The position numbers and the translations under genes are program-made. From the NCBI GenBank assembly GCA_050230475.1, contig JBFLGF010000063.1, forward strand, positions 1 through 64,000: a stretch of 64,000 bases of DNA, read 5' to 3'. The notes below the pieces were generated by a model, which was not told the origin of the DNA, ran no database searches, and worked only from the letters and a program-made list of their open reading frames with translations. This document shows, in pieces, positions 12,537-24,858 of the stretch. The DNA is from Ancylonema sp. (Eukaryota). Numbering within the stretch: position 1 is the stretch's first letter; each line of letters begins with the position of its first letter.

Positions 12537-14954
12537 GCCCAGAGGTAGAGCTTGGTCGTAGGTTCTTCAAATCTGCACCAACCATGAACCTACATGAAAC
12601 CGTAAACTTCTTCCCATATTGAAATGTGGATTTGGGTAAAAATGTGTGAATGCTTTTACCTCCTCTTCTGTTAACACTCTCTCCTGTCGTGGAACTTCCG
12701 CACGACCTGGCGGGTCCGCGTTGGCATGGTCCGGGTCCATCTTCACACAATACAAACGTATACGAAGTTACATTAATTATTATGATTGATCACAATTCAA
12801 TGAAGTCAAAACCCAAAAGTAGTTCCAAGCGATTTAATTGAGTCACCCCCCTAAAAGTACAATTATTAATTGTAAAACCTTACCACTTTTGGACACTTGA
12901 GACGATTGTGTCCGCACTCCCCACAAGTTGAACACCGCGGTTTTTTCTTTGGGGGCTCTTCATGGTAGGACCCAGAGGGGTCACGTTTGAGGGGTCAACC
13001 TAGAGGGGTGTCAATCTTTTAGCACCACCTCGGTCACTTCGGAAGACAATGCTGGATGGGTGCGAATACAATGTGGTGATCGCGTATCCCTGGGTGAACG
13101 CATGTTTCTGCATTCCACGTGCAGAAGTTTTCGAGATTCATACACCACATCCTCTGGTGGTTTGAGGCAAGCCTATAGGGAATGGCATATAAGGAGTATA
13201 GAGAGAGTTGAACAGTTTTTTATTATGGAAAATAGGTGTACTTCACAAAAAGGGATTACAATAGGTACACCATCTTATAATGAAAAGAAAAAAAAAAATC
13301 AAGAAGGTGGTAAAATGAATCTGAATGTAGAGCGACCCTACATGCTATGATAATAATGACATGTAGTTGCCTCACCATCACAATTTCAAATCAACGTGAT
13401 CATCACATCCCTCCGATAAACGTAGAGCATGACAAAACAGGACGGTTAGAGCCTAAACCATGACAATTGTGAATCTCAGATGACGCCAAGTACCATGGAT
13501 GTGGAATGCGGAACGAAAGGCCCACAATTCAGGGGGATATAGTGAGTTTCGGAGCGACTCCAAGATTAACTATCACCTGCGCCACTCCACCAACACACTG
13601 AATTGTAGGTCATGATGTTCACATAAGCACCACAGGATAAAACATCACTTGCACAAAACTCACAGCGAACTTTAAGGCGATATTTGAATGCTAACCATGA
13701 CATTTATGAATATGATAATACTCCAAGAATTGTGGAACTGGCATGCGAAATGATGGGCGCATTAGTCAAGGGGGGGGGGGGAGAAGAAAGCGGTACAGAA
13801 TCACAGCACAATTCGGTAATCCGCTATCATCAGCGCAACTCCACCAATAATTTGAGTCATACGTCCACCACAGGGTCTCACCATGACAATTGTGAATCTC
13901 TGATGACGCTTAGAATCGTGGCAGTGGCAACGGAATGAAGGCCGCACGGTTTAGGAGAGAGACAGCTACGGGGCCAGAAAACGATTACCAATCATCTGCG
14001 CAAATCCACCAGGAAATTGAAATCAGGAGTACTGATCCTCACACGTCCACCAGACGGTGAAACATCACATATAAATCAATAAATCAAAACTATCAGGCGG
14101 TAATTGGATGCTCACCATGAAAGTTGTGATTTTCAAGTAACGCCGAGAAGCGATGATAGAGACCTAGAGCGTCGTACAGCAGACGATTACCTCACCATGA
14201 AAGTTGTGATTTTCAAATAACGCCGAGAAGCGATGAACGCGGAATGACATGCGACATGCGGACTGGAGAGCGCACGATTCAGGGGAGATGGGGAAAGAGA
14301 CCTGCAGACGATTACAACAGGCGGAAGACATGGCGTTGGGATCCCGGTCCATTTGACGACTGCATGCCAACAAGGAAAACTGCATGCTGTGAAGGTTTCC
14401 CCCCCGGGTAATTTGACGGCAAGTTTCGAACGGCCAGACCGCCAGCCGGTACCCGATTTGACGTCTGCGTGCTGAAAACTGCAGGCTGTTAAGTTTTCCC
14501 TAATTAATTAGCGGGACATTAAATATGGCGGGTACGGTAATTTAGACAAGTCTGAATCAAGTGAGAGCGCCATGCTGCGCTCTTGAGGCCATTTTGCGCT
14601 CATGAGCGCACATTACGGTCATGAGCGCAGATCGCATTGGGTCCCACCGCCCTCTCCCCTACTCTGCCATTGGGCGTCCGTCTTTGAAAAGATGGCTCGA
14701 CTGCCCCGCCAAACATTCTGGCAGGGTCGATTCACTAACAGCTGTCAGAAGCTCCTGCGAGGCTGGGGGGGTTAAAAGACGGACATCCCAGACGACTCGC
14801 GGAAGATTCGCTTTTGCGTCCAATGATGACACGTGGAGGTCGTTGAATTCCCGCCATGACAATCTAAGTGCACGTAGGACGTGAATATCTGCTGGGCTCT
14901 CACCTCTCACTTACCTCGCACTCCTGGAATGTGTGGGGCATAATGTGAGAGCGG

Positions 14955-16272
14955 ATGTCCTTCCTCATGAATTTTATCACCGCCTGCTTTCGCCCAAAGA
15001 AGAAGTACTCCAACGTTGGTGAGTTCTCTCCCCTTCCGGGTTTAAGAGGTTGATTCCACAAATCGGCGCTCAGGTTGTCCGAGTGGTCGTCATTTTGCAG
15101 ACACCCGTGACGCCCTTCTAGCTGAGGCGGATCCCGAGAAAAATGCAGGTGGCGTAGCTGATGATCCCCTGCTCTGGCAATGTCCCCTCGCCAAGCATGC
15201 GCTCGGCACCTACTCCTTCTGTGTGGTTCAGGCCAACACCAAGCTCGAAGACTATGCGGAGGTGCAATGCGGCCCGCTGGGCACCTTTGTGGGTGTCTAT
15301 GACGGCCACGGCGGGTCGGAAGCAGCCGACTTTCTGCAAAAGCATCTCTATCGGAACTTACAGAGTGAGTCCACGTCTGGCCTTCCCCTTCCGCCGCCCA
15401 TCCGCTCATCTCACCGCCCTCCTCCCGCTGCAGAGTCGGCTGCCCCCCTCGGGTGCGTCACCCCTGCCGCTATAAAGGAGGCCTGCGCTGCGACCGATTC
15501 GGAGTTCCTCGCCTCTGTTCGCTCCCAATGGCTTCAGAAGCCGAGCATGGCGGCCGTGGGGTCGTGCTGCCTGCTGGCGTGCGTCACCCCAGCCCCCAAC
15601 CCCTCGCTGCTGGTGGCGTCCGTGGGTGACTCGAGGGGGGTTTTGGGCACCACCACCGGCAGCAGCGGACAGGGCCCCCCACTCTTCGCTGCCGTCCAGA
15701 TGTCCCGGGACCACAACGCGAACGACGCGGACGTCCGCGCGGAACTCCACCGCAAGTTTCCCGAGGAATCGGAGGTGGTTGTGCAGAAGTCGGGGGTCTG
15801 GCGGGTGAAGGGTATCATCCAGGTGTCACGCTCGTTCGGGGATTTCTACCTAAAGCTGCAGGAGTTCCAAACCTTCCCCCTCCTCGCGCGCTTCCTGCTC
15901 CCCGCCCCCCTCACCGCCCCCCTCCTGAACGCGGAGCCTACAGTAGTGGAGCGCGCGCTGAAAGCCGGGGATCGCTTCCTCATCTTGGCCAGCGACGGGC
16001 TGTGGGAGCATTTGAGCAACGAGAAGGCGGTGGAGTTGGTGCCAACCGTCTCCAAGGAGGGGGCGGCCAGGCGGTTGGTGGTTGCTGCGCTGAGAGAGGC
16101 TGCAAGGAAGCGTAACGGAAGTTATGCGGAGGTGAAGGAGTTGGGGGCGGGGAGGAGGCGGCCAATCCATGATGACATCACTTGTGTCGTCCTCTTTTTT
16201 GAACTTCCCTCAACAGAGCGTGGGGGAAGTGAGGCAGCCCCCACCCCCAACCCCATCCCCACCGTGACCTAG
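14955..16272 (+). CDS. Protein phosphatase 2C, clade D (PP2C.D-like)
   Basis: Exon 1 14955-15018, intron 15019-15100, probable in-frame intron 15365-15433. Motifs are DPLLW...H..G..S..VVQAN..LED, FVGVYDGHGG.EAA, VGSCCL, GDSR, WRVKGIIQVSRS.GD.YLK, ASDGLWEHLSN and RR..HDDIT. Confidence 0.92.
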
Positions 16273-19013
16273 CTTCTGAGTTGCCAGCCACACTCCCTCG
16301 CATGCAACGATACACCGGAAGAAGGGGAGGACGAGATGTGAGACACACGGGAGACACGTGGCGTATCTGTGTCAAGTGATATGTTTATAGGAAATGTGGT
16401 GGCAACGCTACCGTTGCTCCAATGATATGTGACAAGGCTTGGTCATTTGACGGACACAAGCAAGCATGAATAAGGAAAATGTGTGTGTTGAGGTTGAGAA
16501 ATCATGGTGGTAGATAGTGATCAAGAAAATTAGAGACTTAGCGTGCAATAAGTGATCTAACTACCTAAGCTTGTAGTGCTCGCAAGTCACAAATTGCATC
16601 TTGTGCATGTTTTGTTCGGGTTTGAAAGTTACCTACGTACGGGGTGCAAACCCTTGTACTCAGCCATCGGTAGATTAGTCTCCTGAGATGCACGAGCCTT
16701 GCTATTTTTATATCACAAAGTTATGGCGACAAGGTTCTTCCGTCTTTTGTGACGAGGGAGTCAAGTCACACGATGATCTCGAAAGTATATAGAGTGTCAT
16801 CGCGATCACTTTGTCCTGCTTTATGTCAGTCGTGTTAACTCAAAACTCTCCAAAGTAGATGTGAATCGTTGGAGGAAAACGAGGTCATTCCCCGTAGGTA
16901 CAAGGCAACGGATATGGGGGGGGGGGGGGAACAACAACACGAGGTCCTTCAAAGTGTAGCTCATAGAGAAAGTCGGGAGTTACTTCGGAAAATACCAAAG
17001 AAATTGCAAAGAAGAGAGGTGTGACATCAGCAAGAGCGTTTGTGCTAAATGATGTCATGTTATTACTCGAACATACGGATAAGTAACCTACGAGTTGATT
17101 GACTAAATGGATGTCATCGACGAAGCAAAAGAGGCCGATCATGTCAAACATAACAACCAAAAGTCCATATCACAAATTAGGGTTTTACAAATAACATCAT
17201 CTATTGTCAACGAGGTGCTACTTAAAGTGTAAAGGTTCCGAAACAAGTCATCACGATTTATGTCCGATGATTGAGACAGTACTCAAGGTGTGCATACACG
17301 GGTTTCATCTCCCCTCGTCATAGTTGGGTCCCAGACGCGTGGATCCCGGCACGACCAAGATACAACTGGGGGGGGGGGGAACTGAAAAAAACTACACAAA
17401 TTTGGGGGTTAAATTGATTTTAACCACTAATATGCAATCAATGATGTTTCAACATGATGTAAACACATGAGGAGGGTCAGTTGGTGATGACTTGTATACC
17501 TTGGGGGAAACGGTGGTGTGAAGTGTATTCGAAACATAACGAATCGGGTTTTGTTGTATTGGACATCACCTCTCAGCCCTATCTTACATTTTTAATCTCG
17601 TTGTGACTCGCATGGTTGTCATGCCGTTTGAAACTGTTCAAAATTGATCCCTCTCTTATGGTTAGCCGCCGTGTTCCTTGCAACAAGTATTCATTTTGTC
17701 GATTTTGCACTACATCGTATTTTGTCGTGAGGAACACAATAGTAGCTCGAATCAAAAGTAACATACTTCATCGAACTACGGTTCGCGGCCGGCCTCATTC
17801 CGCGGTTTGAAAATCGGTCGGTACCAGTTCAGGTAAGCATAGGAAGTGCTAATCTTCGGAGTTTCGCTTGTCGACCCTTCAATGTTTTACGCCCACTAGA
17901 ACTTTCGTGAACCAACCCGTGATGCATCGATGAGTAACACCCCGTGCTTGTGATACACTTGTCAGACTTCGAAATCTGAATGAGAATTTCATAAATCCAG
18001 CGAGTCCTTTCGATTACATGGCCGTAGCATTTCACATGTGCATTTCACACTTCTCTGGAAGCGCTCGCATATGCTTCTTCGTTGTAGTTCACATTTATTG
18101 AAAGATTGTCGATACCTTGCCATTGCAATATTTCTTGTCGTATTCATTTGAATTTTTGAAATTTGGTTGTCGCAACGACCCGATCTTTCGCAAAAAATGC
18201 TTCTGCAACAACTTGTGCTTTCCCGACATTAATGTTTCCGGAAAATTTGGGTGAAGATTAAACACATATGAGCTTATGAGGTATGAGCTTTGCGAGCTCA
18301 GCGTTACTGAGCGCGCTCGGACGCCAATGACCCAACTATGACCAAGAATGGTGGAATTACATGGTGGAATAACATGACATGACTGTCTTAAGTCCTTGGC
18401 GGTACAGATTCTCCACAAGTAAAAGGTTGCTTTGTGGGTATGTGGGTGCCCACGTGTACGTGAAATAAGGATTTTCGATACACCTTTGTTTGCTTTTGGC
18501 TTTGTTACATTCGGATCTTAAACGTGTCTCAGCACGGAGGTCAATTTTGTGGCTCATTTGCATCTCATAACATCATTTGCCACATGAATTACCCTACCGA
18601 TGCTCTAATTCTCAACGACCTTGATTACTTCAATTATTTACATAATTTTGGTAAGTAACGCTATCATAACCCATAGGTTAAGAACCTCGCTACTACATCC
18701 ACAGTCCCTCGTTTCCATTTTAAACACTTATTTTGCTTGTTGCTTAATGGTGAGTGTGCTAATTCGTCGTGCTGGTGCACCCCGCGTTGTAAAGCATCAC
18801 AATACCTCCCCCAAACTGTGCTTCTATAGAGGGTGGAACGTAAATGCAATATCAACAAATAAACAAATTATGATAGGGTTGGGGAACCTTGATAAGTACA
18901 ACAATTCAAGATCCTTGATTAAGGTTGTTAGTTTTAGGTTAACAACCTTGGCCCTTCGAAACCCTTAGAATATGGTATTGTTCTCAAATATTAAAATGCC
19001 ACGTAACCACTTA

Positions 19014-19230
19014 GAGTGCTCCCTCGATACAAAGACCCTCTTCATAAGGACAACCTCGATATACGGACAATTTTCTCAAACTTATTTAATACATTATAAT
19101 TTCGCCCTCGATATAAGCATAACGACACTCAATATAGAGACAAACGAAATTAATACATTTGTTACCGAATGTCCTCGTAATGTATAGAACGTTATTTCTC
19201 GCAGATGACGATGTATGGGAATCAAAAAAA
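19014..19230. mobile_element. Truncated copy of the 10199-10791 MITE family (left end)
   Basis: TA|GAGTGCTCCCTCGATACAAAGACC... is followed by cgccctcgatataagcata..cgacactc and gttaccgaatgtc, as in 10199-10410. Confidence 0.7.
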
Positions 19231-19388
19231 GAAAAAAAAGGTATAAAATATCATAATTCAATACACATAATCAAAATACTAAAAATACATGATACATAAA
19301 ACATAATAAAAAGGTATCAAAATAATATTATCAAAATAATATTACGATATGGATAATTCTGGTATGATGGCATGCTTTTTTTTTCAAA

Positions 19389-19901
<513 letters not shown>

Positions 19902-19904
19902 GTG

Positions 19905-20725
19905 AGGAAAAACTTAACAGCATGCAGGAACAGGCAGGAAGAGAAACCGGGATCCCGATTCCATGGCTTTCGCCTGCTGTAATAATCGTTTGTTGCACGA
20001 CGCTGCAGGTCTCTTTCCCTCTCTCCCCTGAATCGTGCGCTTTCCAGTCCTCATGTCGCAAGTCATTCCGCGTTCATCGCTTCTCGGCGTTATCTGAGTA
20101 TCACAACTTTCGTAATGAAATTCCAATTACCGCCTGGCAGTATTGATATTCTTGTATATGTGATGTTTCACCGACTGGTGGACGTGTGAGGATCAGCACT
20201 CCTGATTTCGTGGTGGATTTGCGCGGATGATTGGCCCCGTAGGTGTGTGTCTCTCCTAAATTTTGCGGCCTTCATTCCGTTGCCACTGCCACGATTCTAG
20301 GCGTCATCAGAGATTCACAGTTGTCATGGTGAGTAATCTATTGCCACTTTGAAGGAAACTGTTATTATCCTGTGGGGAACGTATGACTCAAATTATTGGT
20401 GGAGTTGCGCTGATGATAGCGGATTACCGAATTGTGCTGTGATTCTGTACCGCTTTCTTACCCCCCCCCCCTTGAATTGTGCGCCCATAGGTTTGCATGC
20501 CAGTTCCACAATTCTTGGAGTATTATCGAATTCATGAATGTCATGGTTAGCATTCAAATATCGCCTTAGAGTTCGCTGTGAGTTTTGTGCAAGTGATGTT
20601 TTATCGTGTGGTGCTCATGTGAGGATCATGACCTGCAATTCACTGTGTTGGTGGATTGGCGCAGGTGGTAGTTAATTGTGGAGTCGCTCCGAAACTCACT
20701 ATACCCCCCCTGAATTGTGGGCGAA
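19905..20725 (-). repeat. Inverted dispersed copy of the right end of the 9062-14537 element
   Basis: Reverse-complement similarity to about 13520-14500 (e.g. ctcccctgaatcgtgcgct, gtcattccgcgttcatcgcttctcggcgtta, ggagtcgctccgaaactcactata). Confidence 0.8.
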
Positions 20726-20792
20726 TGGTGGACCCACATTGTATCTCGAGGTAATATGGATCCCTCATGCCGAGAAACTCATGTCTTGTTAC

Positions 20793-23700
20793 TGTGCCTA
20801 TAAAGAGGGGAAATATGTAGATTACTGTTTTGGATATTTGTGATTGTAAGAATGTTTCAGTGAAGAAATGAGGTAATTCGGAGCTGTATCGAGGGAGTTA
20901 CCGATTTTAGAAGTTAGGGGTAATTTTGGTGCTACAAGACGCTACAAGACGCTTTTTGGTTGGTAACTTTAGATTGATGCAACTTTTGCATCTGTGGTCG
21001 GACTCGAGTGATTTTTGATTTGATGTGTTTCTTTTATATATGAGCACGTGTCTAGAGATTTTTAGAGTGTTTGACAGATGTCGGTTTTTAGTCAACATTC
21101 AGGTGACTCACTAGCCACGGGGGTAGTTTCTGAAGCCACGTGTATAGGCGTAGAAGGCTGGGGCTGTCGATCACAGAAGTGTATCTTTTAGGGTTTCCTC
21201 TGAATTTTTGTGTGTTGCAGTAAGGGTCGCTGACCCAGACATTTTCGAGTAATCGTTTTTTTAACAATATTTTGTGTCTCAAGGATTCAATTGTGTTGTG
21301 GTGATTTGCATACTAAGAATGTTGTGTCTTTGTTAAGCACGATTCTTTGCATATCGATGTCTTCGTATGGTATCAGAGAAAGTGGTGGAGAAGGTTCCAG
21401 AAAAAACTACTTCAATGGAAAGAATTATGGGCCATGGAGTACAGAAGTTGCCGCGGCTTTGGATGAGGTCGATGCGTTGAGATTGACGTTGCGCAAAGAA
21501 CTTCCTCCGGCTGAAGTTGTGGCAACAACTGACATGCTAGGTCAGGTGACAAATCAGGTTGCTATGGATGCAAATTTGGCTGCGCTCGGGGATTATATTA
21601 AGTGGTTCAAGAAGGGAATTTCTATATTGACGCTTTCTATCGATGACAATCTGGTCGAGCTACCGAATTCGGTACCTCGCCATCCGGCTGAAATCTGGGA
21701 GAAAATAGAGAGAGATTACAATAAGGTCTCGGCTGGTGCGAAGCAACAAGTGAAGTAAGAGCTTCGTGATTTCTCGGTCGATCCAAAGGAATATTCAGTG
21801 AAAATTCAGCATAGGCTAGAGCTACTCGTCGGGAAGTGTAGGAAAAATTCCCCGATGACGAGGACGTGGCTATGGTCCTGTTGGACGCGCTAGACGACAG
21901 TCATGAAGCGCTCAGAAATACCTACTGGGCGTCTTCACCACTGCCCTCTATCGACTGGATCTATTCACAAATTGAGGATCGACATCGACGACAAAAGAAG
22001 TCACACGGTGCAGCCCATGGCGCTGCGCTATTCGCGTTCTCCGCTGCCGCGGAGAAGAAGGCGTTCGCTGATGCGGAGGCCTACTACAGTGGTGGTGGTG
22101 GTCGAGGCGGTCGGAGTGATCGCGGAAGGGGTCGAAGTGGCCCTCGAGGTGGAGGTCGAAGTGGAGGCGGTGGCCGTGGCGATGTCGATGTCTGCTACAA
22201 GTGCGGAAATTCAGGCCACTGCGGCAAAGATTGCCCCCACAAAGACAAGGCGTGCAGCTACTGTGGCGGCATTGGCCATTTGGAAAAGTGTTGTGTCGAC
22301 AAACGTGACGGAAAGTCGCGAGTTCAACGGGCAGCCAGTGGTGGCCCTCCCGCGGCACGTGGGGAATTGGTGGTGAAGGGCGACGTGCAGAGCTCGGTTT
22401 CAGCGAACAAATGGCGGGGGAGGTGTTATATGAGGAGAGCAAATTTCACGGACGGAAGCGGACGATTTGTGATAGCGGTGCGGATCATCACATGTGGAGT
22501 GATGAGAACGACTTCGAGTTTATGGAGCCCGTGCCAGCCGGCTATCACATCAAGCAAATTCAGGGAAGTGTCCCAGTGGAATTTTGGGGATTGGTGAAAG
22601 TTCTATCTCCCGCGGCCGGCGGTGTCAAAAAGTCCGTCAGCCTCAACGAATGCCTCTACATGCCAGGGATGCTCGTCAACATCTTCTCACTCCAACAACT
22701 TCGTTCGAAGAAAGGGAGCTACTCTGTGTCGGGGGAAACCGGTCATCGGGTGCCACTCTTCAATGCGAGTAGGGAACATTTCGCGACGATGGGGGAGTCC
22801 GAAAAGGGGAGGCCGACGTTAGACCACCGTGTCCCCATGCTCGAGGTCTACCTCGACGACGAGCACTATCTAGCCCTTGTATTCTCCTCTGATTAACCTC
22901 CATACCGCATCTGGAACGTCAAGGGCCAGGACAGAAAGGACCTCCCCACCATTTGTCAGCTACCCCCAGAGCCACGTCTTCTAGTCTGAGGAGAAGGAGA
23001 TCTTTTTGGGGTACGATGTGCGATCCTAGTCTTCCACTCCATCCCGTTAGGATCAGACCCCACTCTCAGCTAGACACTCGAGGTGTGTGGTATGAGGGGG
23101 GGGGGGATACATAGTAGTTTTTGGACAACATGGAGACCTCGGCGCTCTTGCTCCCCGTCGAGTTCCATGCGTTGCACTTCGACGCTGCCTTTGAGGAGTT
23201 ATACTATGACCCCGAGCAGCTATAGCACTATGATACCGGTACTGAAGAGCGTATGCACCTCCACAAGGTGGCCCTCATGGTGGAGGACTTGATCCGACTT
23301 CTTGCACGAGCACGAGCAAACCAAGAGGGAGCAGCCGCTGCGTGACATGCTTAACGACTAGCATATCTTCATGGCGGCTGCTGACATCGAGGGTGCGTGA
23401 AAGCTAGGGGGAGACTGTCTAAGGCGAAGAAGCAAAAGCTGGTGTATTTTCTGAAGGGCCACAAAGGTGACTTCGCCTACTGGGGGGCTTCATTAGCGCG
23501 CCCATGGAGATCCCCCTCACTACAGATCGGCCTATGTTTTCTCACGCCCACAAGTTGGGCAAGACGGAGTGGGACTTCGTGGGAGAGAACTTCTCGAAGC
23601 TGGAGCAACAGGGCCTGATCCGACCCTCCCACTAGTCTAAGTATGCTAGTGCCGCAGTGGTGGTGCGCAAGCGGGACGAGGATGGAGCCTACACAAATTT

Positions 23701-24858
23701 GCGGCAGTGCGGTGACTACCAGCCTATCAGCGGTTAGACCAACCTGGACCCCTACCCCCTTCCTACGATAAAAGACATCTTTCACTAGCTGCAAGGGGCG
23801 GTGATTTTCTCCAAACTCGACCAGAAGTTTGGCTATCACCAAGTGCCACTGGCTGAGCACGACCAGTGCAAGACTTCCTTCTGGAGGATGCGGCGTCAGC
23901 TGTGAGAGTGTAACGTGGTTCCATTCGGCCTCAAGAACGCTCCCCCCTTCTTCCAGCGGCTTATGGATCAGGTGATGGATGTTTTACCCTTCGCCCGTTG
24001 TTACATTGATGATATCATCATCTGGTCCTCATCCTTTGTCGAACACCTCGAGCACCTCGAGATCGTCTTCAAGCGCCTCCGGGAGTGGGGCCTGAAGATC
24101 CATCCTAGCAAGTGCCTCTTCGGCGCTGAGGAGGTGAAATTCCTCGGACACTGTGTGAACCGGTTTGGAATCCAGGTAGATGGAAAAAGACCCAGGCCAT
24201 TCGTGACATGCAGACCCCCTCTAACCTTTATGGGCTGCGCGCGCTACTGGTCCTCTTCTCCTACTACCGCAAGTTCGTTCCTGGCTTCTCCACCATCACA
24301 ACCCCTCTAAACCGGATGCTGAAGACAGACTCCTAGTGGCACTGGGGAGATGTGGAGCATACAATTGTGCAACACTTGAAGAAACTCCTATGCTCTGACC
24401 CGGTGCTGCGGCGTCCCGACTACGCCAAGCTCTTCCGGTTGCATCCTGACTCGAGTCAAGACGGAGTTGGCGTTGTGTTGGGCCAGCTGGGTGAGGAGGG
24501 GAAGGAGTTCGCGGTGGTTTACGCCTCGAGGATCTGCAACGCTGATGAGCGAAACTAAATCAACTATGACGGAGAGTCGCTGGGTGTCGTCAGGTCCGTG
24601 CAACACGTCCACCACTACTTGATCGGCTCCAAGTTTCTCCTCCTCACCAACCACGCCGCGCTGAAGTGGACAATGACTACCTCCAAGCTGACTAGGAGGC
24701 TGGCGCGTTGGTCCCTCCTTCTACAAGTTTACGAGATTGAGAGTCAGCACAAGCCAGGGGTCGAGAATGCGGTCGCAAAATACTGCAGCCGCTTCCCCCT
24801 GCCGTCCACCGAGGATGTCGGTGACAAGCGAGAGAACCTGGGGAAAAATAAGCAGTAG
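20793..24858 (+). mobile_element. Chimeric LTR-retrotransposon unit 1: LTR-like + PBS + Copia gag/protease fused to Gypsy MTase C-terminus, RT and RNase H (degenerate)
   Basis: PBS TGGTATCAGAG at 21368. Copia part: gag FNGKNYGPWS, knuckles CYKCGNSGHCGKDC and CSYCGGIGHLEKCC, protease ICDSGADHHM. From 22821 the sequence is Gypsy: PFGLKNAP, YIDDIII, RNase H D.S..GVG.VL.Q..YASR. Many stops and frameshifts. Confidence 0.85.
21368..21378 (+). other. Primer-binding site, tRNA-iMet 3' end
   Basis: TGGTATCAGAG lies just upstream of Copia gag. A second copy is at 25440-25450. Confidence 0.75.

Larger units (their letters stand above)
9062..14537. mobile_element. Large non-autonomous or degenerate TIR element (TA-flanked CCGTA termini, Tc1/mariner-pogo-like) with nested insertions
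   Basis: 9058-9085 is the reverse complement of 14514-14541 (27/28 nt), with TA on both sides. 9964-10131 is also the reverse complement of about 14338-14511. Confidence 0.65.

Noticed and set aside
17579..18563. Short minus-strand ORFs, possibly a transposase relic
   Set aside because: No recognisable conserved motif.
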